This document shows positions 1-15,400 of a stretch of DNA of 64,000 nucleotides, piece after piece (positions within the stretch are counted from its first letter, which is position 1; each line of letters begins with the position of its first letter). Origin of the DNA: Trichoplax sp. H2 (taxonomy: Eukaryota); NCBI GenBank assembly GCA_003344405.1, contig NOWV01000014.1, forward strand, positions 682,001-746,000. Reading direction: 5' to 3'. The position numbers and the translations under genes were made by a program. Below the pieces are notes generated by a model. It saw nothing but the letters and a program-made list of their open reading frames with translations. It made no database searches and was not told the DNA's origin.

Positions 1-2047
<2,047 letters not shown>

Positions 2048-4604
2048 AAAATTAGTTTAGATATCTAGAATCTATAGGCAATTTATTGAAGCAATTTTAG
2101 TGACTATTTTCTCTTCAATACAAGAACCTCATCTTTCCATGAGGACTTCACAAAATGAATAGTGTTTATATATGTATGCATATTTGTGGATTTTGTGGTT
2201 GGCCAGAAAAAGGAGAGATATTTTCAAGGGCATCATGGTTAAATAGAAAGAATTCTCGACGGTAAAGATGTGCCGAAATTTTTTGCAATTCGCTTCTGTT
2301 TGTACACTCTCGAGCTAATTATTATAATTATAAATGAATTACTACTATTGAATCTTTGGTAAAGACACGAATGTTCTAGTAAATGGAAGGGATATCACAA
2401 CTATTATTGGACAGTGAATATATTATACGCAAAAAATATACGAATATCTATCATTTCGACCAATGGCAGTTATAAATTCACATTTAAGAACTTTATTCTA
2501 ATACGTGTAATTGTCGCAACTTCAAGATTGCTGCTAGTTTGGTTGTTAAGAAATTAATATACGATAGGACAAAATGGCTTCCTTTATGGGTTGTGTAATC
2601 GTAATCTAAATCACATTTGATTATCCGCTGCATATAATTCTAAAACTAATTGGCAATCCATGAAATAGAGCAATACTACTGACATTATGATTCACCATTA
2701 TGTGTATTCTGGTTATTCTGGTTATAAAAGCATCAAACCTGACGAATGAAAACAAAATTAGGGTGCAAATTTTGCCTACATCTCAATATTTTAGTAACTC
2801 TCTAACATAGCACTGAATACACAACACTTATTAATGCGATATTTCCGATTTAAATGACTCTAAGTAAACTACTGTACTGTTGTGTAATCATCATTAGATA
2901 TTGTTTAAAATAATCAATACTGTTAAATGCTCCAGACCATCTATAAATAGAGCGTGGTATTAATTATATATGTCTATATGTAATTGACTAAAATAGGAAT
3001 ATCTATCGTTACAGTGACTAGAATTTATAAACGTCCTCTCGAGTATCTTTAGCCATCTCATAATTCTTATTGGATGGAAAAATTGTTGGCATAGATAAAC
3101 GCATAAAATGTTCATGAATTACATGTTATAGTTTTATTTGATACTATTTCTATCAAAAAAATTTTTAATTTGTATGGTGTCAGTTTATTCTCAGTTACTA
3201 TTTGCATTGCCAATTTCTTAAACTTTAATTATTTAGAAAGATAATAGATTTAATGTACAGCTGATTTTTAGTAAACTTTGGTTCGCTTGCATGATAAAAC
3301 TAAACCAAATATAAGCAGTTATTAAGCTCAGACGATAGTATTTCTTAGATGCTATGGCTGATTGAGTTTCACTGTAACTAAGTAATTTCTTTTATAGTTG
3401 CAGATATGGCTGTATTGAATTATGAAAAATTTGTACGTGGATTTATATATGTTATATATGTGTAAAGCGATTAGTACTGCTCTATACCAGCTAGACAAAC
3501 AGAAAATACCTCTTCCGCTAAAAATTCACATCTTGATTTAAAAATTAAAATTGATCAAATGAGCTTTGCCTTCCCTAAATCCACTTTATGATCTTTTCTC
3601 AGAGAAATTGTCGTCTTCAGCTTTTAGGTCAAAAACTGTTTACCACACTGTCATAAAAAAATTGGTATAACCATCTGTGTATATTAAATGCTGATTAAAA
3701 TGCTGTTGCTATCTAAGTTCTTGCGTTAGTGGATGGACTTTATTAATACCTACTTCGATAGTCGTGTCAAATGATCGATACAGCGTACAGTGTTTCAAAT
3801 ATACACTGTTCATTTGAACATTAATTCTTGCATGACAAACTAATGGATAGCTAAAGATTAAACGAAAATATTTTATTATCAAATTACATAGTGATTAAGA
3901 GCTCATAATATTTATATTGTGTTATTTCATGTTAAAATTCTAGTCTGATGACTATGTTACCGATTTTAAGTGATATATCATCAGAATGCAATACTACCAA
4001 TTCAATCGTATCTCTTTTGCATACATTCGCTTATATCAGCATATTAAATAAATTCTACGTTGCTAGCATGGTCACTATGAGAATAGCATTAAGTTATAGC
4101 CCTTTAGACATTTGTTTAGGCAATAAAGAATAGTTACTTGACGATGTAAATGTATAAAGAAGGTAAGTACTATACAATAGTTAGCATAAGAATTACTATC
4201 CAACAATCATACAAGTAACTTGTTACATTTTTATTCACACAGAGGAACAAGCGGATAACATTGATGGAAATCTTATAAAATTTTTAAATAACAGTTTTTG
4301 GGGTTACTTTATGGTATCTGTTAACAGTAAACAGATTTCAAACTGTTTATGATATCTTAAAGCAATAACTCAGGACTTTTAAAAACTTTCCTCATCTTTC
4401 ACTTCTGATAAATCATAATCAATTATCTATGCATGAAAATGGAAATCAATAATCATAATGAACTCATTGTTAGTGAGAGCTTTAAACAATTCATGGATGG
4501 AAATTATGTGTATAAATCAGATACAAGCATTAAATGGTAGCGGATTTACAAATAAAATCTATATCAAATGTACTACTCTCTGTTGATTAGTAAAATTCGC
4601 CACT

Positions 4605-6880
4605 TCAAGAATTTACACCATTAGCAGCTATATGATCGTCATTAATATGTACGTAAAACGAACCAGAACGTTGTCGACGACGATCAACGTGTATTATTGA
4701 TGTTAATGCTAATGGTATGATTGTAAGGGAAGCCATAGTTATGAAAACAGTTGTGATTGCAGTGCGAACTGTTGCTGAATATATACCGTTAGCAATAGCA
4801 GAAGCAAGGAGCGATGTTAAAACTTCTGTAGCTGATATAAAGCCAAACATTTTACCTGGGATAAGATAATACGAAATCAGTACATTAGAAGAAAATCTTC
4901 AATATCGCCGTTTGGCAAAAGCGTTTGATCACTCAAGCATAGCTAAGTCACTCTTAAACAGAAAAATTTCAATCAATCAGATCTTTGCCGACAAAACTAA
5001 TTTCAGATTCTGTCACTAAAGTAGAGAAATCATTCACATGAGAACAAAACCATTCAAGATACAAGCTCAAGAGTTAGTAGCAACTACCGCTTCTGTTAAA
5101 CTATAGCTGTCTATTAGGAATTCAAATAGCTATATTTCCTTTCTACCAGTTACAGCGGTTTGACAATGTACTATAGTAAAATGTTATAATGTCACTGTGC
5201 TATTCTTATTTTTGTGCAGCTAGTACATTTTGTGATTACTATATCAAACTTAGAAGATTCGTGCGCATCATCACGATAGCAAGCCAATTATATCTAAACA
5301 AGAGTATCTCAGCGCTTACCTAATTCGTCCTGGTTAACAATCTTTGATAACATAGCACGGCAACTAGGTATCGCCATTCCAGTTAATCCATCAATGATGG
5401 AGCCTAGTAAAGTTATACAGGATAAATCAATATCAAAATAGTATGCACCAAAAAAGTAGCAAATATTTTTAATTTAAGATTGGCAATATGAGTACAGTAT
5501 ATATATACTGGTATATGCTGTATATATTATAATTGAATAAGAATGCCTATAAGCGACATCCATTTACGTTAACTCTGCTAATAGACTGATGCATTTGGTG
5601 TCCAGCATGCATTGATTATTAAGCTATGTATCTATTTCACTCTAGATATATTTGAATTCTTTAATTTAACATCAATTATGCTAGATACTGTATACTAATA
5701 ATAATGGAAACGATTCCAGTCTATGATTATAAACTACACATCATTATTGGTGAATGCAGTTACCGATGAAAACAATTGACGGTGATCGTATAAATCCAAT
5801 GTACAACCATGAAGCAGTTGATGATAGTACACCAATCATAATTAAGCTTGTATCATTAAAATGTAAAATTTTGGATAGAATTGGCATAACTATAATTGCT
5901 GCTATTCCGTTCAAACATAGTTTTAGTGCTACAATGTCACCAATACTCGTTGGTGTCAACGAGAGCGGTGGGTGTTTTAGGTAAACGTAAATGATGTTAT
6001 TAAAAGCATTGAAAATGATGACATTGAGGAAAAATATGGCGACCAACAAGATTAAATGAATCCGTAAGTGGCCAACACGAGGTTTGATAATCACTTTATA
6101 GCTGGCTTGAAAATTACGCATTGAAAAAAATGTGGAACAGCGATTCTGATCTGGAGTATCAACTTGCTGATTGTCGTTAGGATCTGTTGGATGATAGGAT
6201 TCGGTTATGACAAATATGATGTATAAAATTAAGCAAAAATAAATGATTACATTGGCCCAAAATGGAGGTAAAAACCCAGCCGTATCTAGCCATCGACCAG
6301 AAATAAAATTAGCCATTGATCCACCTATAAATGTCATGGATTCTAAAATACCAATTCGTGAACTACGCGTGTCACCATGACTAATATCAGAGATGTAAGA
6401 AAAAACAGCCATTAATAACGTTGGATAATTGCCAAAGAATCCAGAAATAGCTGATCCAATGTACATGTACGGCACTGGCTTGTCAATTAGATAAGCATTA
6501 ATGAGAAAGATGACATTTTTAATACCAGCACCAATACATGGCAATATCATGACCACTTTACGGCCAAGTTTATCAGATAAATTGCCTAGAATGATAGACG
6601 CACAAACTGATGGAATAATAAATGATAAATTCAAGTAGAAAATATACGTTGAAGTCTGACTTTCAATACTATTTTCAGTGGTATTATCCAATCGAATAGA
6701 GGAATTGGAGCAAATACTTAAGGGTAAATAATTTAAGCAAACTTTACGTCGTATTAAAAACATGACTAGAGCATATTCTGAAAATTGGCAGAACATGAAC
6801 AAGAATAATACTGGCTCAACCGTGATACTGCGTGGAATTTTGGCCAGCGTTGACAACCAATTCGATCTTTCAACTGCCAT
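4605..6880 (-). CDS. SLC46A: SLC46-family (PCFT/HCP1-like) MFS transporter
   Basis: Exons 6880-5764, 5403-5320, 4855-4605 splice in frame. Motifs ITVEPVLFL, LGNLSDKLGRKVVMILP, FSYISDIS..RSSRIGILE and RAMLSKIVNQDELGKMFG are typical of SLC46. About 12 hydrophobic segments. Confidence 0.9.
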
Positions 6881-6937
6881 CTTGGAGGATAACCTTTCTT
6901 CTCCAGTATAAAATCAATGCAATGGAACAAGATTGTC

Positions 6938-7847
6938 TCTAATTTGTCTTTAAATAAAGTGAAAATGGGATGTTGAAATGGTTTAGAGTTGAATTTTTCC
7001 CTTTTTCCTCTATCCTGTACTAGGTCAATCCAGCAGACTTTAGCACGATGTTTCGCTCGTCTTTGAAATCAATAAAAAATGCAATATTCCAGTGACACAA
7101 GATGAAATCAATCCGTATAGTCTGTACCACCATACGATACTTTACTAGCTCTATCTACAGCCTAGTTTGTTTTTAAATAAAGTGAAAATGGGATGTTGAA
7201 ATGATTCAGATATGAATTTTTCCCTTTTTCCTCTATCCTGTACTAGGTTAATCCAGCAGACTTTAGCACGATGTCCGCTCGTCTTTGAAACCAATAAAAA
7301 ATGCAATTTTTCAGTGACACAAGATGAAATCAATCCTTTTGATGCGTCTAGTCTGTACGACCATACAAGACTTTACTAGCTCTATCTACAGTCTAATTTG
7401 TCTTTAAATAAAGCGAAAATGGGATGTTGAAATGATTCAGAGTTGAATTTTTCCTCTATCCTGTACTAGGTTAATCCAGCAGACTTTAGCACGATGTCCG
7501 CTCGTCTTTGAAATCAATGAAAAATGCAATTTTCCAGTGACACAAGATGAAATCAATCCTTTTGATGCGTCTAGTCTGTATCACCATACAAGACTTTACC
7601 AGCTCTATCTACAGTCTAATTTGTCTTTAAATAAAGTGAAAATGGGATGTTGAAATGATTCAGAGTTGAATTTTTCCCTTTTTCCCCTATCCTGTACTAG
7701 GTCAATCCAGCAGACTTTAGCACGATGTCCGCTCGTCTTTGAAATCAATGAAAAATGCAATTTTCCAGCGACACAAGATGAAATCAATCCTTTTAATGCG
7801 TCTAGTCTGTACCACCATACAAGACTTTACTAGCTCTATCTACAGTC
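6938..7847. repeat. Tandem minisatellite, 4 copies of a 223-231 bp unit
   Basis: Units start near 6939, 7162, 7393 and 7616 (ctaatttgtctttaaataaagtgaaaatgggatgttgaaatg...ctctatctacag). They are highly similar with small indels. Confidence 0.95.
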
Positions 7848-8021
7848 GAATAGTCAAGTTTGAATATCGTATAAGCTGAACTAGCCAGAAAAGAGTTATA
7901 GCGCTATTTTAGTTGCCAAATTCTTGCAGCTTTCTCGGACATAAATTTATTCCTTGTCGTCCATTTTCTTTGGCAGAGAGACAAAGTGCTGGTGACTGGT
8001 ACGAGTCAGTCTACACCTGGC

Positions 8022-8090
8022 TGACCTGACACGGTCACTGCACATTAGCCAATCGTACACACAGCTCCATCCGTCCATGTCGTCCATGCT
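8022..8090. promoter_or_regulatory. Putative promoter element: TGACCT/GGTCA half-sites plus a CCAAT box
   Basis: tgacctgacacggtcactgcacattagccaatc lies in a locally GC-richer patch upstream of the SLC46 gene. The same CACATTAGCCAATC recurs at 25842-25855. Confidence 0.45.
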
Positions 8091-9481
8091 AGGAGAAGGG
8101 TGCCATCCAATGCAGGCCTGCTCGCATCGAATATTGAATACATAAAAGCAATGGCAGGCTCTCGATTAGCATCCAGCTAGGGATAAATCTTGCAATCTTA
8201 TTCAAAAACGAATTTTATGCAAGTAAACGTATCGGAAGTAGTTTTGACTGCCATTAGACAGGAATTAGTTTATAAAGGATGAGGGAATTTATCTAAATCT
8301 AATTTGGCTTTTAACTTCTTGCCTCCTTGTATGGCTGAACACTTTCAACAAAGTGAACGAAAAAAAATCGAGATTCAAGTACTTGGGTAGATTGTACAGT
8401 TTTACATGTCTATCTAGAAAGCTATTGAGGAAAAGCAAAAGAAGAACGAGATAGGGAATCTGGCCTAGAGTGGAACTAACAGTTTCTGAAGAATGCGGTA
8501 GTTTATAAGATTATTATACCATATTTACCTACACTGAACGTTGTAGTACTATACCCGGTAGTCGGCCCTTAAAATCAATCTGTGTTTCATAAATATTAGA
8601 TGGAAAAAAATAGTTTAGAAAGGACATGGCATGGTACCGGTGCGCCTAACAAGATCGCTCCACGACATCGGATTGCATTAAAGATAGACGGATAATTCGC
8701 TTAATCTTATATTAATTCAGGATAGCTTACAGTTACGTCGAGGCGATAGCAAGGTCATAGAAATTGAGTTTTAGCAAATAAAAGGGGAAATTGAGTTTAA
8801 TTAGCCCATAATCATGCAGATTTAATTTCACTAAATTTACCTAACCTTTCACATGAACTGATTTATTGGAGTATTCGCACGAAATGGGGTAGAAATGCCA
8901 GGTGCTGCACGTTGTAGATCAACGGCGGTGCAAAGCTAAATCGCTACTTAGCTCACTTATGAGCGATGAAGCAATAAAGTTATAAAAATAATGATACTAC
9001 TAACAATTTAACCAATATCCTCTTATAAATATTATAATCGCTTTTATTTCAGATAGGAGATTAGACTTAATATCAGTAGTCAAGATCGACTGCTATACAA
9101 TAAAAACAAGTAAAAACTATCATTTCGTGTTCTTAAAAAAACGACATACACCTTTCAAATCACAGAAAAGAGCTGTAAATTTAATTATCAAGATATTTAT
9201 GACTGACCATGAAGGCATTAATTAAAATAGTTATCACGATCATACAAAGAAGTTACAAAATAATTTTTAGAAGAGTTCTTGAAGAACTATCCGATTTCTT
9301 ATTATGATCATCTAAATCCTACGATGGCTTATTATGAGCGTAATAGAACCGTATACGAGCATATACTCAATTCATCTTTTAAAATAAGCTTGCAAAACTC
9401 ACTAAAAAAGATTGCAAGCCAACATTTCAGGTTATTTACGTCATTAACTTTGAACGTATTACAGTGATAATATAAAATAAA

Positions 9482-12400
9482 TTAATTATCAGGGCTATCA
9501 AAGCTCGTCTTTGTTGAGTTTCTACTTAATGTCGCTGACTGGGATCTTGTCTCTTTAAATTCGTATTCATTGGCAATTCTTGGCCGAAGATGTAAAGGCA
9601 CCAATCGACTATGAGATAGCGATCGAGTTTTACAAGCAGCTATTTTACGTGCGCTGGATAAAAGTGGCTTAACGAAATTCTGCGGAGATTCTCCTCCTGT
9701 ATTATCACGAAAGTAATATTGAATTTGAGCTCATATTCGGAATATAGTAATTAGAATAATTTCATTCTCATGCGCTATTAAAAAAGTTATCACATGTAGT
9801 ATTAAAATGACGTTACTAATAGATTATGTCCATTACTCCTCTTGCTGTAAGATACACAACTATTTAATTTAAATAACCTAAAGCTCTTTGTATAAGTCAT
9901 GTATCCGTATGCATCATGATTTATAAAATTACCTGCAGCTTTGTTGCTGATAGCTACAGCGGTATGTATGATATCGACATCGGATGCAATAGCGCTTTCC
10001 TCCCGATTGAAATTGAAATCATCTATCCCCGACGTTACAGAATCATTATCTTTGATACCTAGATTTTTGACTGTAACAGAGAATTAGGATAGACCACGTT
10101 AATATTCAATTATGAATCTGAATCAATCTTCTATTATTACGACACCAGCAAACTGATCAATATGCAAAAGTCTTCTGTTGTGAAACGATCATTTCTAAAG
10201 ATACTTATTCGATAGATAAAAGGTTTTTTTTTGGGGGGGGGCGCTAACAGTGTAAAGTAACTCGCGATTCTTATTATTGAACAACAAGTTTAAAATGCAC
10301 TAGATATCTGAAATTGTAGAGAATATCCGTCTTATACACTATTTCGTTACGTAGAAATAACTTCATTTCAAAACTGGGTAAAATATAGGACTTGTACACC
10401 GATCACACTTACTCTTACTACTTCGGCCATTTATTGGTGGCAATGGCCATCGCAGTTGTGGACTACCGACTCTTGAATTCGATGTTTGAATAGAATTGGA
10501 TATAGAATTGGTATCAAAGTCGCAAATATCGGATATATGGAAATTTTTAGACGTTTTCGGCTCTTGATGATTATTTTCTACATTAATAATTGCAAATATT
10601 AACTAAAAGATGATAGATAGCACAGATTTAATGAAGGTAATATACTAATAACATTTCATGAAAGCTGTCGAAATGCCTGCAAATTTGACAGGATCAATTA
10701 CTTTGAGCAATTAAGTGCATGCACGACCGCATTAATACCCGTCAAAACTTTTATTGGTCGACCTGGTAGATGTACAGTAGATATTTACACATTACCTCTC
10801 GACCAGAAGAAATCATGATCGAAATGTATTCTAGCAGTTGCTACAGCTGCTGTAGGAGGTCTTTCTATTTGAGCTAGGAATGCCACAGAGCAAACTTGCC
10901 CCACTAAAATTACGACAATAAGAAATTTAATAGAATATAAACCTCAACTGAATTACGAAATTCATAAAGTACTTCAAGATAATAATTTCTATTCGTTAAC
11001 TACGTAATCTGCTGACCTGGATATATCAAGGCAGATTTTAACAAGCTATTTTGGTAACTTGTATGATCTACAGCTGTTTTTAATTTGCCAACTTCTGTTT
11101 TATAATCTCTCCATTCATTAGCTAAAGTAAAAAGATAAATCAAAAATTGATGAAAAAGTCTAAACATATTATTCAGAATTTAATGTCTGTGGTTGTTGAA
11201 ATTTTCCAAATTGAAATTATTCAAGTCAATCGATGCTAGTAATATTGATACAATATATTTGGATATTTTTTATACATATTTCTATTCATTCATTTTTATT
11301 TTTTATGTATTCATTTATTAATTAAGATGGAAAAAGGTACATTTATAGATGATCATAATCATATTCATTCTTTAAGATAATCTTCATGTTAATGATTATA
11401 CTACAAATAAGCTGATTTGAACATATAATAGTATACGATCTAGTTTATATTCAATATCTCATTCAAATTCTACATTACTCAAAGAATCAATATTTTCTCA
11501 TTAGTGATGTGTAATACAATTGGACTGCGTCATCTACGAAAAATTAAGCTATCACACTTGACGTTCAATATAAATTAATAATTTTTGTCATTTATTCCTG
11601 AGTTAGTATCGTACTTAAAAACTTTCAAATCATAATATTAGCGATGATAATGTCTATGCATTTCCAATATTGACTTACCAACTGATGTCGTGTGAAACAG
11701 CATTCTGGGACGATAATCAAAAAATGTAAAGAATCGACTAAGAACGCAACGATACTTTTTTCTATAGTGGCGTCGCATGAAAGCGTACATAAAAGGATTA
11801 AAGATCATATTAAGGCCAGCTAGATAAATTCGAATAATATCGACGGAGATGATACTAATTGTTAAACTGCCGAATCGACTCCACAAAATAAGGATCTAGT
11901 AGATAGAATAAAGGAAAAGGACATACATTATTTCAAGTCGTCTACCAAAAATTAATCATGTAAATCTCTAATAAAAGTGCGATAGTATATACAAATTATA
12001 ATTTAAATTATACTTTATAAATGTTAAGGACCATATAAAGTTATTCAGTAACATTAATTTGAAGTAATACTGTTTAAAATGATACTATTTTGGTCCAAAT
12101 ATTCTACTGTGAAATAATAAGTTGATAAGTAATAATGATTCTCCTGATAGCAGTTTATGAGCTTACTTTATTTAAGATGACCAACTGTCTAATTAACACT
12201 AAATAAATGATATTCTGCAGGTAAATCATTCTACGATGAAAGAAATTAACTGAAAAGCTATTCGTCCTTGAGTGACAGTTGATAAATCTATCATTTAATG
12301 ACGTATGTTGTAGGGTACGAGATAGATTATAAAGAATTGCTGACTTGGTTGTTATACCGCGATATTCACATTTAGTGATTGATGCTGTAAATTTTGCGTT

Positions 12401-15400
12401 CAAAGATTCTATTTAATTTAAATGACTTTGATCATAATTATGAGAGGTTTACTAGATGTAATGATTTAATAATTAATAGATTAGTATACCAGGTATATTA
12501 TGTTATATCTAGACGTGATACCGAAGTTTAAAGACTGTAAGCTAATCATCTAATCACGATAGTATAAGCGAGCTGTAATAGAACAAGGCTGAACATTGAG
12601 GATTGAAGATTATATATCATTAGTTCATTCTTTAATTTCAGTAATATATTCGCTAATTTAATTCGAACAGAGTACGATACTAAGCTCATTATTTACAAGC
12701 TCCTTATTAGTTATTTATCACAAATAATGTAAGTTTAGTCAACAAAGAGAAAAGCCAAACTAAGTGTTAAGAGTAGTTGCGATATTTAGTTTCGATTAAG
12801 GTTAGCATGATACAAACTAAACTAAATATCTAGACTCAAAAGTTATCAGTTTCTTAGATGATCGCATTAATATAATTTCAGTACAATATCAGAATGGTAG
12901 CCTATATTTGGAGATCAACTGTTTTGATAATTACTTTTATTTGATATAAGATAGCGCGATACTGGACCGATGGTCTAGAGCTAGGTATTACTAATTTCTT
13001 ATGATAGATATAGCGATTGCTAATTGTTTTTATCAGGTAAGTTCAGCATGTACTAAATAACGAATTAGAAGCATTAATTATATTATTTATGGGATTATTA
13101 GATTACTTTAACTATCAAGAAATAGAAATCTAGATGTTTAGTAAAATCACGTTATTAGTAATTTGTCTACTAGTTCATCTAATTTTTCATTTTTAGGCAA
13201 TATTGCCGTTAAATTTGATCAAGCTCACATTTTGATAATACAGTAATCAACGTCGATACTTAGTGCATGCACATATAAATATGTAAGAATGGTAGTACGA
13301 CGGAGAAATTTTCCATTATGAAACAAAATAAGTAGTTATACCGACACTCCTTATATTCAAATACCTTTAGTAATTATGACGTCTTGATTAAAGTGCTATT
13401 ACGTAAACGGAAACAGCACCTGCCCGCCTGATTGTACTGATTCAATATAAATCATTTTTACGTCTACATATTACATCTGATCTAATTCGAATAGCCCCCT
13501 CCCCTCATTTATATTATCTCGCACTTAGACATCTTTAATAGTTATCATTAAAAATTAAACAATATAAGTGAATTTTGATAAATACTAAATTGCTTCTTAC
13601 AGATCAATTATAGGATTTGGGTTTAATTTTTCAGGATATTATCAATCTACATAGGAATTTAAAATCTTCTACACCATTCCTCTTGTTTTTAATTAGTGAA
13701 ATTTCAGTCTTGTCAATCAGTATTACCAAATTGCTAATTCTAGTAGGCCATCGGAAATTAAATAAATACTGACCCTAGCTTATTTCTAGATAAGATCGAT
13801 ACTGAAGTAATAAACCAAATCGACTTACATTAAATCTGTCATTGCTTTTGCATTATACGGCAATATTGTATCTGCATTGATAGTTGAGCTATTTTGACTG
13901 ATGGTAAGAAGATCTAGTTTCCAGCTAGTTGATATGATTAAAATACTTAATTTAAAACAGAAATTTAATCAGGATCTTGTGGTATGATATCTAGAATAGA
14001 AAGCTGGAACCTCACGCTGAGTGGTAATGATATAACGTTCTTGTTAAAGTTGATTAAGAATCCATTTTAATAGTAGATTAGAATTACTTTTTATCTTCTC
14101 TATTACATCAAGAAAGCAGAATATCGGGCATAAGGTCTCTTTATACCAACATAAATTTTGGTAAGAGATCAGTAAAACAATTTGAAAGGTATCTGAGCTG
14201 TAAGATTAGATGTAGCACTGCTTCATATGTTAAATGATGCTGTGATCATATTCTATACTGTATTTCTACATTTGGTTTTAAAAGTTTTATATATTTGCTT
14301 TTACGAGCTGGTTATACCTTAAGCTAAGGCTAATGCTATGATAAACTTAATATTACTTATATTTTGATATTATAACTAGTTTCCAATAAATATTACTAGA
14401 TCGACATAGGGAGGCGCAAGATCAGCGTTCTCTTTATTAATACTAGACGTATCGGGGAATTTAGCTTTACAGTAATGCATATTGGGAATCGAAGGAATTA
14501 AATCTGTCCTTCTGTAACTGTTACTGCAATGCATTATAACGCTTATCCTGTACTAGCATACTCTTAATTTATTTATAATAAATTATGAGAAATTATTCAT
14601 GAAAGCGCAAATATCAATTTACTTTCGTCTTTTAATAGATTTGATACTACGTGTCTATTAGAAATTTTGTTAGATTCTTCTTATTTTGACACATATTAGA
14701 CAAATAGAAGAAATCGATTAAAAATTTAAATTGAAACAATGAGCCCTTTTAAAAATCTCACGATACCTAGAATTAGATAATTTCAGTCAAATAATAATCT
14801 ACTGCAGCGGAACTTGTAACTTTAAGTTACTTCAGTATGAGTATTGCAGTAATTAATAGTTACAATATCAAATGACAATTTTCGATTGAAATCATGGACT
14901 ATTAGGGGAATTTCCTACCAAACTAAGGATTAGATGTTGATACGTATATCAAATAGCAATCCAATTTATTGGAATTTTAAACTTCAAATTAGTCTAGTTG
15001 GAGTAGCTACAGTATTGATTGTCTTCTATGTAAATCATAAAACTTCCGGTTACATTGAAGCTAAGTCATGAAAGGCCCTTTTCCTCTTTAGAATTGAATG
15101 TTTATTGATCAACTGAAATCTGAATATCGGAATTGTATTACTTACTGTATATAATGTACGTGTAGCACCGCGTAAATTTCAAGATTCCTTCAGTATTAAG
15201 TTAATTAGCTGAGTAATACCTTAGTTATAAGTCCTAAGTAGTATAGGAAGTAGTAATAATTTGTATGATGATTCTACAGTCCTAAGTATTAGGATAATTA
15301 TCCGCTTTATCTTAGCCGGACGTCGTTTCTGGGTTCGACAAATTTTCAAGTAAGAAATTACTATATAAAGAGTAGAGACTGTTAGATATATGATTTGTAT

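Noticed and set aside
7151-7787. Two near-identical 60-aa minus-strand ORFs (MISSCV...)
   Set aside because: They are by-products of the tandem repeat unit, have non-ATG starts, and other copies carry frame-disrupting indels.
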